From: Trichoplax adhaerens
Taxonomy: Eukaryota; Animalia; Placozoa
DNA length: 64,000 nt
Direction: 5' to 3'
NCBI RefSeq assembly: GCF_000150275.1
Contig: NW_002060946.1
Location: forward strand, 4,793,454 to 4,857,453
This document shows positions 39,369 through 51,450 of the stretch, piece after piece. The first letter of the stretch is position 1; every line of letters starts with the position of its first letter. Made by a program: the position numbers and the translations under genes. Under the pieces are notes generated by a model. It searched no databases. It had not been told where the DNA came from and saw only the letters and a program-made list of their open reading frames with translations.

Positions 39369-40527
39369 TTAGCGCCCGTGAGTAGTGTGAGCTGCATGTG
39401 TGCCAGTGCCAGCAGCTGGGGTTCCAGTGCCAGTAGCTGCAGTACCAGTTGCATGGCCGGTAGTATTTCCATGATGGCCAGTGTGATGTGGATTCATTGT
39501 AGTTGGCATCGAATGAGTAGGGTGCACAGTGCTGTTACTTTTGGGAGCATGATGCCAAACAAAGATATCGATAGTGATGCTTTGGAAAAGGAAGAGGAAA
39601 CAAATAAACCATATATACCATGACTTTTCCGAGCCCTATTTGTGATAAGATATAAGAAGAATTGCGTTAAGCCTGTTATATTACTGTAAGGATTGAATAG
39701 CTCATCTTCAGTGCTACTTCAATATTTCAATGTAAGATAAAATCGGAAAATGTAGCATCCTGTAGTAAGAGTGTATAATTACAAATCGATAACGGGTGAC
39801 TATCTGGCATTTTCAATAATGAGAATGTATATAAATCTTGTTGCAGTTAACTTACTATTATTCCACGGTAATACCAGAATACCTATATAGTAGAAATAAA
39901 ATTGAATTATCACTTCTATGAATATCAAACATTGTAAGGAGTATCCTATATAAGCAACTGCTGTCGATTAATTATTGATTGTACTATGATTATTTGGATT
40001 CTATCGTTTACAAGTTGGACATGACATGGTATTGAATTGTGTAATTACAATACTTACAATTACTAATGCGAGCAAAGAGGAGACTAAACAGCAAGAAAAT
40101 CAATTATTAGAAGGCAGTCATGAGTAATAATATCAAAAACTTGTGCATTCCAATCAGGAATTTTATATACGTCCAAAGGTATTTCTGTACTCCAATGCAA
40201 TATCATATGGCACTTACTGACTAGATTAGCGGTCAAGAAATTGACATTTGGATTGGTAGCTGACTTTATACCACAGAAGACAAGTGCTAGCTAAAAGAAT
40301 ATAGAAAAATAATTAACGTATTATTGACGTCCCTGTAGTCTGTGAATATGGGTATGGTACAGCATACTTACTATACATGAGCACAGCGTTAACAGAATGG
40401 TCAAACGCCTGGCAAGTTTCTGCAAAAAGAAATGGAGCAAAATTATTCAACATTGGCAGGCGTATTTCTATAGAAGTATTACAAGGCCAGTGAAAACGCG
40501 TCTACTGTGCTTCTGTAATCCTTGCAT
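39369..40527 (-). CDS. TMEM243-like (DUF2678) small 3-TM protein with His/Thr/Gly-rich C-terminal tail, ~161 aa; exons 40483-40527 (tentative), 40372-40419, 40218-40290, 40058-40083, 39856-39882, 39369-39635
   Basis: In-phase GT-AG exons give KLARRLTILLTLCSCILALVFCGIKSATNPNVNFLTANLVISSLLALVIVFWYYRGIIGSEKSWYIWFICFLFLFQSITIDIFVWHH...HGR*. VFWYYRG resembles TMEM243 IYWYRQG. The start codon is uncertain. Confidence 0.7.
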
Positions 40528-42434
40528 AAGCAATGTTGAATTGTTTCACATCGTTCTTACGCGTATTAGGATCAGACATGATTAACGGATTTTTCTTGAT
40601 TTTATTGTACTTGTACAGGCAAGACACAAGTTTCAAATTGGATAGTTTGTTGATTAGTCGATAGCCTGGTAAAGTCCATAGTAGGATTAAAGCAATCCAT
40701 GAAGGACACATTTAATAACAAAATTTCTTCCCTAAAATTTAACATCTACTTTACGACACTCTCTTATTGTACTGTACAATAGAGCTTGAAGGATAAGGGT
40801 TCAACAACGGGGCCAATTTCATCATCGAGTCTTGACAAATTTACAAATGTACTAATGTAGTTTATAAAATTTGATTGTGATAGCTGATGGTAACGAGCAG
40901 GACTACTATTAAATTGGCCTATGTAGAGTAAAGTATAGTATACTGTACAGTATTGTGTTGCAAAGATCTGCAAAGCAGATCCATGTTGTACTGTACTTGA
41001 AAAAGTGTACTGTGATAGCGCTCCCTATTGCCTACGATGATTCGTTGGTTAATCGACCGTAGTAAAACTATCGTTAACGTAGTCGCATTTATTTGTAAGG
41101 TATGATGAGTAGGCTATCTCTTTCCAGGTATAATGATAGACTAAAGGGTATTTTGATGGCTTTGTTTCAGATTGACGAGTGGAACATCCATCTCACTGGT
41201 TGACTTTCATTCTTTCTTTTTATGGTAGAGTACTGCACGTCCATTATGGATTTGATCCCTCCTTTTACCGTTATATACGAGTATAGTAAGAACAGCATGT
41301 AGAACTGCATTTGATTTAGATTAGGTTAAGAAAGAACAGAAAGCTTTTACATTTGCTTTGGTATCTCTAAATAACGACGGTAGAATCGGCCATGACTGCA
41401 ATGAAGAGAAGTGTACCACTACAGTTGTATGATGGCCTACTTGGGCTCGTCCGTATCTCTCCAAGCGTGCAGTCACTTGATATACAGTTCACAATTTTCC
41501 ATAGAAATTGAAGCCGTTGTCAACAGGAGAAGTAGGCCATCGTTCAACTAACAACGTTCATCAACTCCTAAATTAAGCTAAGAATGAAGTGTATACCTTT
41601 CGACGAGAATCTTCCTGATAAATCTGTTCCGCCATGATTGTTGTTGCGTTCCGAGGACTTTTGACAAGTACATTTAGAGACCCTCTATTGAGTTACCGTA
41701 TACTGTATACTGCGCAGTGTACACAATACAACAACTGCGTTGTTGACTATGACATCATTATGGCAGGCGGCTAGCTAGAAAAAGCTGCTAGCTGCACTTC
41801 TACTTGGTCATGTACACTTAACATGGAGACTGTTGGTGGAATAGGAGAATGCCCAAGGGGAATTTAGCGTGTTTGCTTTTGCTTTTTTCACTATTACTCC
41901 AATCAGGGATGACTTAGTACGACTGCAGTGCAAGATTTGATGGCCTTTCAAAGGTGGAAACACCTTGTCTGTCAACTGTGATCAGTCGACATGAAGACCA
42001 CCAAGTTACTGCGTATTTTTGGAGAATAGCAATGGAGAAAGTAGTACATTACTGTAGATTGGATTAAGATCTGGCGTGGACAGTTGACCGAGAGTCCTTC
42101 TCCATTGGACTAAAACTCCATGACTGGACGTATGATAAAGACCAGTTGCAAGCTATTTCTACCCACATAAGCTCGTTGACTACAGTATGATCTGCCCCCA
42201 AAAATAGTCAGGAAAAAAATCCCTCTTGTTGCACAGACTGTTTGGATCAATGAATGGAATGGATCCGATTTTTGTTTTTGCTCTTCTATCACCTGGCTAG
42301 TTGTAACAGTGGATGATAGACTTCTATGTTAGTGCATAACTTTCGCCTCGCATTCTAATGAAGTCTCTCTTGTTGTTCATTAAAATTATCAATATCATTT
42401 GAATTGTCTATTGTCTATTTTCCCTCTCTGTCTT

Positions 42435-43652
42435 GACTGTCTTTTCGACAGATGGATAGTGTAGTGATTTTTCTCCCAATCAATGGAGTCCCATCGCACA
42501 ACTAAGCAACTATGACATCATGATTGCTATCTGCATCCATGCCCAGGTTAACAGGGAATACAGGGACAGCTTGTAGTCGAGAGAGGTTGTTGTCTTCTCG
42601 ACAGATGGATAGTGTAGGGATTTCTCTCCCAACGAAATAGAGTCTTATGGCACAATTAAATTACTATGACATCATGATTAGCAATCTCCTTCCATGGCGA
42701 CATTGCCGAGGCTAATAGGGAATACAGGGAATAGGCGTAATTTTGGTTATAGTCGAGAGAGGTTGTTGTCTTCTCGACAGATGGATAGTGTAGGGATTTC
42801 TCTCCCAACGAAATAGAGTCTTATGACACAATTAAATTACTATGACATCATGATTAGCAATCTCCTTCCATGGCGACATTGCCGAGGCTAATAGGGAATA
42901 CAGGGAATAGGCGTAATTTTGGTTATAGTCGAGAGAGGTTGTTGTCTTCTCGACAGATGGATAGTGTAGGGATTTCTCTCCCAACGAAATAGAGTCTTAT
43001 GGCACAATTAAACTACTATGACATCATGATTAGCATCTCCATCCATGGCGACATTGCCGAGGCTAACAGGGAATAAGGGGTAGTTTTGGGCAGCAGGTTA
43101 TACGTAGTCGAGAGAGGTTGTTGTCTTCTCGACAGATCGATAGAGTAAGGATTTCTCTCCCAACGCAATAGAGTCTTATGGCACAATTAAACAACTATGA
43201 CATCATGATTAGCATCTCCATCCATGGCGACATTGCCGAGGCTAACAGGGAATAAGGGGTAGTTTTGGGCAGCAGGTTATACGTAGTCGAGAGAGGTTGT
43301 TGTCTTCTCGACAGATCGATAGAGTAAGGATTTCTCTCCCAACGCAATAGAGTCTTATGGCACAATTAAACTACTATGACATCATGATTAGCATCTCCAT
43401 CCATGGCGACATTGCCGAGGCTAACAGGGAATAAGGGGTAGTTTTGGGCAGCAGGTTATACGTAGTCGAGAGAGGTTGTTGTCTTCTCGACAGATCGATA
43501 GAGTAAGGATTTCTCTCCCAACGCAATAGAGTCTTATGGCACAATTAAACAACTATGACATCATGATTAGCAATCTCCATCCATGGCGACATTGCCGAGG
43601 CCAATAGGGAATACAGAGAATAAGAAGTAGTTTGGGGAACAGGTTGTAGTCG
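42435..43652. repeat. Tandem array of ~7 units of 176-179 bp
   Basis: GTCGAGAGAGGTTGTTGTCTTCTCGAC starts at 42576, 42752, 42928, 43107, 43286 and 43465. A shorter degenerate unit precedes these and the array ends at ~43652. Unit lengths are not multiples of 3. Confidence 0.97.
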
Positions 43653-43873
43653 CCTAGTGCGCACCAATACAGCTCGATCTACGAGGCAGTTTGCTGTTAT
43701 GGAAAGTGGTGTTTGCGCTATCGTTTTGTGTTTTTGTCTTTTTGTCTACAAGGCAAGGTAAATGTATAGAGTAAGCTAGCGTTTGAGGTAGTAACTTTGG
43801 TCACTGGGCGCAATTTAGTCAAAGTAGCAGTCGAGTCCTGTAGAGGGAAGAGTACAATAAATCAAGCAGCGAA

Positions 43874-45649
43874 ATGGCGGATGATGAAGGAAGTAAATTG
43901 GTTACAGACGAGGGATCGCAACAACCCGATAACGAAAAACAAGTCAACCATGATTCCGGAGCAGGCCGTAAAATGGTAAATGAGCTTGAATCGTTGAAAT
44001 TGAAAGATAGAATATCGACGATCAACGCTACGCATAAATCGTCGTTCTACATTATAACGGTAGTTTCGAAGTGAGACAGAGTACTTGCTACGACATGTTA
44101 TTCGTCTTGTTTCGCATCGTATAGATTGAAATACAAACGGAGCAATCTTGATGCTTCGCTTAAGTCAAGAAGACAAGAATAGGAAATAGATAAAATGGAT
44201 AGGTATATAGTATTGTATTCTAGAATGAATCATGTCCATCATTGGCATGGTCATGGAATAGGACTACTTGGACAGTAGATTCCCACGTTACAGTAGAAGG
44301 AACAATGTTGCAGCCGCTACGGCTAAAACATCAATGACAGAAAAGCTCCAACAAATAGAAATAATAAATCGGATCAACGTGGATATCTAATTCCTACAAT
44401 AGGAGTTGCATATCCATGTTGATCCAAGAACCCTTATTACCGTACATTTTAAAATACATCGTCCATCTCGCAATGAAAGACAATACTAACTTTATTGCTT
44501 TGCAGTGTACTCTACATTTTAAAATACGTCGTCCATCTGGCAATGGAATACGATACCATTATTATGGCTGTGCAGTGTGCAGTATACATTTTAAAATACA
44601 TATCGTCAATCTCGCAATGCAATGCCATTAAGAATTGCTGTATAGTTTGAAATATATCACAATCCATCAATCAATACGTATACATCTACTTATTAGTATC
44701 AAAAATAAATTCAGTACATAGCTACATACCATGACTGTGCTATGCTTACGAGGATACTAAAAACTCCTCACCTTAACAGTGCCTCCATAACGTGAAATAT
44801 TCATACTTTGCTGTCTTTATGTTGCAATAGCGTATCTTCCAGTTGGTCTCCGTTATCGTCGCGACTGTCATGGTTTTGGTAAGTTCGTTTATACCAATCT
44901 TTGCCTACTTAACCTGTCATGCACATACTTGGACAATCTTATTCATTGCTGCATAATTATTATACTCCTACACGTATAGATCACACTGGGTCTGTCCATA
45001 TACCGTGCAGTAGCTATCGATGGATTGTATATCTTGCTAGGAATAAACTTACTTGGTAAGAGTACTCATCGATTAATACTTTTAGTGTGTTCCTACATTG
45101 CCTAATGCATGTATATTGAAAAATAGTCAAATCTCGCAATATTTAATACTGTAACGTACTGAAAGAGAATTAATTAAATAGGTATTATTGCAAGTTAAAT
45201 GAGCTTTACAGTAGTACAGTATTACGTATAAATTGAACGATTGATATCGTTCAATATTGACAGTCATAGGGCCGCTTATCTAGCTTAACTACTAATAGAG
45301 CAACCTAATTTACTTGCTATTCAATGAATTTACTAACGATGCATATATATGAATGTGTTTATTTTTTTTTTATACCAACCACAACTCATAATATAGCCGT
45401 CGCTCAAATTGGAATCGTTGTCGTAAGTCCTGTTACAATAATGAGTCAAAGATTTTTAATCAACTAATTTACGATTCAGCTAAAATATCAGTACAAATAA
45501 TCAAGGGATGTTAACATGTTTCATTCTTTCAGTTTTACTGGATCCGTACTGAAGAAATACCAGCTAGTAAGAGTTGGTTTCTCTATGTCGTCGATCTTGC
45601 TGTGATTCTGGAATGTATCTTTACAAATATATTGCTGTTCAGGCAATAA
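43874..45649 (+). CDS. TMEM243-like (DUF2678) small 3-TM protein, 122 aa; exons 43874-43975, 44831-44878, 44980-45055, 45397-45422, 45533-45649
   Basis: MADDEGSKLV...AGRKM|RIFQLVSVIVATVMVL|ITLGLSIYRAVAIDGLYILLGINLL|AVAQIGIVV|FYWIRTEEIPASKSWFLYVVDLAVILECIFTNILLFRQ*. Aligns by eye with TMEM243 (RIINLVVGSLTSLLILVTL...IYWYRQGDL...ICANLYF). Confidence 0.75.
44443..44630. repeat. Intronic tandem repeat, 3 x ~70 bp
   Basis: TACATTTTAAAATAC...CGTC(C/A)ATCT(C/G)GCAATG at 44443, 44513 and 44585. Confidence 0.85.
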
Positions 45650-46636
45650 ATTCCGAACTCATATATATACTATCGTAGATGATTTTTGTTCATTGTGGTG
45701 CCATCTTATCACTACATTATACAGCACTTGCTAAACAAGGTTGAATTACTAATTGAAAATAACGACCAATGTCCACGATATACAAACTATTACACTTATT
45801 GATGTGGATTTTTTCTTATAAATAGCTTACCTATTCTATCAATATTACATATATATAGTGTATCTGGGGTAATTCAATTTACTCTCCCTTTACTGTATTA
45901 GGCCAATGTCATGTTATTAATTTAAATTATGCCCTAGTTAATAAATATCTCGGAAGTATAGAACAAAACTAATTTACAGTATCCTCAAGTATACTTATGG
46001 CTCTCTTCTTCTGTAGGAAAAATCAAACTGTATATTTCTCATTTCACTTAAAGGATTAACCATAGAGCTATAGTTGAATTTAACTGCTAAACTTTACCAT
46101 GATAGCATATGTTTTGAACACGATCGTTTTATGGGTGTTAATAACCAATAAGATTATGAATCGTAGTCCAACTGTAGCAATCATTTTTATTGATAACCAC
46201 GGTGATATAAAAAATCGAAATAAAAATAATCGATAGTTTTAAAGCTATACGAAAGCCATTATCATGTCTTTCCTTAATCATCTCTCCTATTAATTATCTA
46301 TAAGGAAAATAGACGTGACATTATAAAGTAGTTCCATAGACACGATATCTAGATTTGTAATGATAGCATACTGACCATGAGTAATCGATAAGTATTATGA
46401 TCACCTCTAGTACATCGATTAATTACTGTATCACTTAGACCTAGTGATATCTCCAAAACAAGTTAAATACTATAAATTAACTATTAGTTAAATAATAGCA
46501 TCGTAGAGTTGGTCATAAATTATTCATGGAACGAAGTAACAGAATTATAGTATGTATATATAAAATCCGACCATTCCATCAACAATCACTATTTCTGGAA
46601 AACAATCATCCAAATACTTCAATTGTAAAAGGCAAA

Positions 46637-49600
46637 TTAACCCAGACTGAAAGCAACAGATAACTGTTGCAATAACTGGCATAGTTCTTCATTGCCTCCT
46701 AGATTTTTAACTTCCTCCATAACTCTAAGAAAAAATTTCTTTTATTAATCGTTTACGATACTAGATTGCTGCATTAAAGATTTTAAGTTAAATGATAATT
46801 CAGTTTATGAAAGAAATAGAACGCACTGCACTGAAAGACCCCGCAAGATTTCTCTTGTATACGAGAACGAACCAACCTAGATTGACATAAATAGGTCAAG
46901 CTTTGATATCCTACTTTGAAAGTTATTAGTTGAGCCAAGAAATAATCGATAAAAAAGCATATTATAATGAAAGTTCCTAATCACCTTTTCTAATAGTTCC
47001 ACGCAAAATTGCTTCACATGATCGTCCGTAGTACGTTGTCTAACGATATCTATGATATTGTTAAGAATAGTATTTCCGAAATAGTAAAGTTTTCAACGCA
47101 ATACTCGTAGTTCGATAGTTTATAAGGATACTTAGAACAGTGTTTCTTCCTGTTTCAGTATGCGCTGCATGTATTATTGGAAAGGAGAATTTTCCTTCCG
47201 TTAAATCTTCACAAAAGCTTTTATTTTTTGAGTACTAAAAATATATCAATAGTCATGATTAGTATCGCTATAACCATTAAGGCAATAGTGACATGAACAG
47301 TAACGTTTGTTATACTTGTGTAGATTGTAGATTTGCATAGTCGTCCCCAATTTGAAAAAATAAACTGAGATAATTGAGTAAGGGAGTAAAATTTCTGAAA
47401 TAAAAGGAGAGAAATGATGTATATCTATTAATCTGATAGTATGATACATCATTATTCCTGATACTTATCGATGAATATCATACCGTTTATTTTCGCTAAA
47501 CAGCTGCATCAAATTTACAGCTAGGCGAAAGAGTCCACCAGTTTCTTGATAAAAAATTGCAATTTATTTGAAAATAATAGACGTACTATCAGTCTCTATA
47601 CAGCAGTATGATAATATCACATGTACAAAATCGTTATCCTGATATTACTTTTATTGACCATCATTTTATATTCTTCTTCGCTTGGGCAATTGTGCGAATC
47701 TCTCCACAAAATATCTAAACCCTGCCCCTGATGCAACTCCAACATTTCCTCTATTTTATAATCGAAGCAAACATAAGCTAATCAGTGAAAGACTTTAAAA
47801 CTAGATGGGTTATAAATTTTTGCCCTATTTTTTATCAAAATAATATACTCTAGCTAATTAGTGCTGTATTGAATATAAATTTTATATCCTAGGATACCCA
47901 TGATCGCATTTCATGCTTTACCGGTAAATATTTTTACTCCATCAGGGTGGTTTAGAGATAAAATTTCATGCATTGCCTTAAAGTAGACATAATTGGCAGC
48001 ATTGATTGTTTGAGCAAGTCCAAAGATCTGATGTGCTACTGGGACCCCTCGGCGTAACTTTGAATTATCTTCGATATCATCAATACTAAATTGATTTAAA
48101 AGTAGACGTAGGTTTATCTACCTCAATTGTTTCTGATACCTCTCAAATAAGGTGTAATATGGTAAACAATTGAGATTATTAGTTATAGAATGATTATACT
48201 TACAGTAAGCTTGCATTATGCAACATCTGCACTACAGAACTGATAGCTGCTAACTTATCCTCTGGTATTTGTAGCCAGTTGTTGAATGCCTACAATAACA
48301 TTACAATCATAATCAATATGCATACATGGAACGTCAGTGACAATGTTCGCTTCTTCATTAATTTATACGAGCATACCTTACTTACACAGCGGCTGTCTAC
48401 TGTAAATTAGCGTCTATTCACTAATATATCAGACTTTTCGAAAAAATTAATATATATCGAATACAATAAGATTTATACCCTAGCAATGATATTTCATTTC
48501 TAATACTGTCAAGTATCTTACAGCATTAACAGCAAGACTGCAAACTAGTGTCGCTTTTATTTATGATATTTAGGAAATCTTTAAAAGATTCTACTCGTCA
48601 GCATGTGTGACCTGTCATAAAGTCTTCATTATTTTAAAATTTGTAGTTGGCAACGTATAAAAAAGCCAATGGAAAATTGCGTAGTAATGCGATTACTAAT
48701 TTTTCAGATTGTAACGAATCTTAAAGCTAGTATGTATCAAATGTGCTAATATTCTGCTACTGAAGAGCTAGGAAATTACAAAAGCTTACTGGTAATTTAC
48801 TAAGTACAGTAGTTACAGATCATAACATTCTTATCAATGGACTTTGTACCTTATAAGGTAGTTGTAAGCGACTACTACTGTAAATTACACATCTCGTAAC
48901 CTGAATAGAAAATATAGTAGTAATTCATCGCTCATTCTCGAAATATGTGAACAATTTGTGGCTTTATTCTGCTACATATTATTTATTCTTCTTACATCAA
49001 GATGTTCAGAATTCATTCTGAACTATACATACTTGAATCAGTTTGACACGAATCTCTTTTCCTGGAATCTGGACGATATATTGATACGGCTCCAAGCAAG
49101 CCTAAATTGAAACGAATTTCAAAACATTAATTTATTCGTATACGTAGTTGGGTGGCAAATAAAAATTACATCATCGTACGAATATTATTAATAGATTATC
49201 TCAAAATTTTAAAATCCAACTGATAATACAACCTATTGATATGTATCATCAAGAAAATCACTTGCCTATAGCCTTAAAATAAGACATATTTTCAAGATAC
49301 AAATGAGTAGTAATTGTTGTGTAGTATACTAATAGCATAATTGACCTACAGGTAAAAACACCATATCAATAATTGCAATCGGTCAATTCTCTACACCTCA
49401 ATGTCGTCATCATGGTACGATTGTAATAATTTCCTTCAGCGAAAATTAGCATTTCAAGTGTAGAACATTTTATGGTAAAGCGCTCGCTTTAGAGACCATA
49501 GTAAAAGTTTTAACTACTGAAGCTGCAAGAAAAAAAGCTCAACCAAAAACTCTGTAGGCACTAAGCAGTGGAATAAACGATCGATACTCGTACGTTGGTA

Positions 49601-49790
49601 TATAAACATAATATACGTGGCTATGCTAATGCCAGATTAAAGATGATAGTAACATTAAGAATAAGTTGATTTCGAGTTGTAGTACATATATCTACTATAG
49701 CATACTGTATCTATTTGTACTCATAAGATTGTCATTTAAATTTACCTCATCTTTATCCGGGGTAAACAAACCATCATCAACTGCTATCAT
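46637..49790 (-). CDS. GGPS1: Geranylgeranyl pyrophosphate synthase, multi-exon
   Basis: [34 protein letters not shown]...[26 protein letters not shown] (FARM), [30 protein letters not shown] (SARM), [17 protein letters not shown]; ends LSVAFSLG*. Confidence 0.95.
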
Positions 49791-50429
49791 GGTTACACTT
49801 ATGCAAGTAAGTCTAACGATACGTTAACTGCAATAAAATTAGCCCCTAAAATGTGGGTATTCCAAAAATGAATTCTTTACAGCAAGTAAAGGAGGTAAGA
49901 TCTTGGCTTATCTATTGTAGTTAAATTAAAGCAGTTTACGCGTATTACTACAACAGACTATATCAGTCAACAAGGGGTAGCTTGAATTTTATAAGATGGT
50001 AATGTAGCGCTGTTTGACAAATATAACACTACAGTATGAAGAAATTGTTGTGATATTCAAATTTGAGAAGGGATAACAATTGGTGGCCGTAAAACTACGC
50101 CGGAACAAGATCAAATCAACAGGGTAAAAGCAATGTTAACTTAAGGTAATGCGAATATACGTATGCTAAGCGATGCCAGTCAATTCAGACACCATCCACT
50201 ACCACATCTAATGATCAAAGTGAGACTGCGATTTATACAAGCATCCTCATAGATAATCTATTCTGTATGTTGATTGGATGGATGGATAAGCAACGGTCAT
50301 GAATAACAAGACTACGTATTGTTTTAGAGAATTTGATAAGAAAGGTCAATCTCTTTTTGGCCCGAGGCATCAAATCAATTTCAGTCATTGAATTGAAGTA
50401 TAGACTCAATAAAAAAGTTGATGTTTTAT

Positions 50430-51266
50430 TTACAGCCCGCATAGTTTTATTAAAGAAATATCACTCATCTATAGAATACGGTAAATAAAATAGAATAAAT
50501 ACGTCTACTTGACTACAAGTGTCTATTCAATGATTGATTGGATCAATTTCAAAATACTGACCAATCCATACGTAATTATCCTGTTTTTACTTTCTCATCA
50601 ATCATTCGTAGGCCATGCCCTCTCTTAACAGGCTGTGTATAAAAGTGTTGAAAGTGATTTCTTGGCGTAAGTTTAGTGTCATTCAGCTAGTTTAACATAC
50701 AGGAAGACAACAACACCATGACTCATGCTGCCTTGCATTTCAATAACATACATATTCTAGTTGCGTTTCGTTCCATGCATGAAGTTTATTGCTATACTCT
50801 TCTACTATGGACATTATCATGTACAAATGTGCCACTGCAAGTGGATTGCATTTTATATTGGAAAGTACAACGTTGTCAGATTTCTTTTCACTTGCCGTGG
50901 CAATTGACTTGTACAAATGGTGATGATAATAATATCCTATCATTGCGTAGCATGTCATCATCACTGTCGCATTAATCAGTCACTTTGTTGTTTGCGCTAT
51001 TGGAGTCTACTGTTGACAGTCAAGTTACCAACTGGGCTAGCGATGTTCATACGAGTTCAAGCATTGACAACAAAGATTAGTCTTTTTTATTACTGTTGAT
51101 TTGTAAACGAATGGAATCTTGGATTTCTTACCCGTTCGCTTATGGCAGACTTATGAGTAGAATCGTTGCTTGATACATTCGGATGATTTTCTCTTATTAT
51201 TTTATACTTAAGGCTTGACAATTGGAATGGCAAATTCAGCTCCGAGTTGGTTTTTGCCTCCGTCAT
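50430..51266 (-). CDS. Hypothetical 133-aa protein; tentative exons 51132-51266, 51029-51036, 50896-50936, 50752-50834, 50591-50686, 50430-50468
   Basis: Six segments splice in phase into one ORF with introns of 61-122 nt, and AATAAA overlaps the stop. The model needs an 8-nt micro-exon and one GC-AG intron. No family recognised. Confidence 0.45.
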
Positions 51267-51438
51267 TTTAGTGACTGACGTGATTGTTGTAGCGACCTAC
51301 AGTATTTCACACGATCGACAGGTTATGCGAGTCTGCACTATACTCCCATCATACACTGAGTTAGGTATGGCATACAGTAGAGCGAATGAATCAGGCGTCG
51401 GTGACCTGTACTGTGGTACGTACAAGTATCGCTGCATA

Positions 51439-51450
51439 GATGACGTCATC
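51439..51450. promoter_or_regulatory. Perfect CRE (ATF/CREB) palindrome
   Basis: GATGACGTCATC is a 12-bp perfect palindrome ~170 bp upstream of the ATG at 51266. Confidence 0.5.

Noticed and set aside
39327-39623. Plus-strand Ser/Cys/Met-rich 98-aa ORF
   Set aside because: Antisense shadow of the His/Thr-rich last exon of the minus-strand TMEM243-like gene.
41480-41700. Minus-strand AAAAGTCCTCGG as the RNase MRP CR-I motif
   Set aside because: No matching CR-V strand to form P4 and no convincing GARAR loop.
42435-43652. Tandem array as a CRISPR array or as a ribozyme-bearing retrozyme (hammerhead or HDV-like)
   Set aside because: Whole units repeat with no unique spacers and there are no cas genes. 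No CUGANGA core on either strand. GGCTAA...GGGAAT resembles HDV J4/2-P2, but P3/L3/P1.1 cannot be built and the putative P1 strand is mutated in later copies.
47335-47360. GGPS1 FQIGDDY instead of FQIRDDY
   Set aside because: The position before the SARM Asp pair varies among prenyltransferases, and both Asp-rich motifs are intact.
50614-50666. Plus-strand exon-like MPSLNRLCIKVLKVISW resembling a ZDHHC N-terminus
   Set aside because: No downstream DHHC exons; the region is better explained by the minus-strand gene model.
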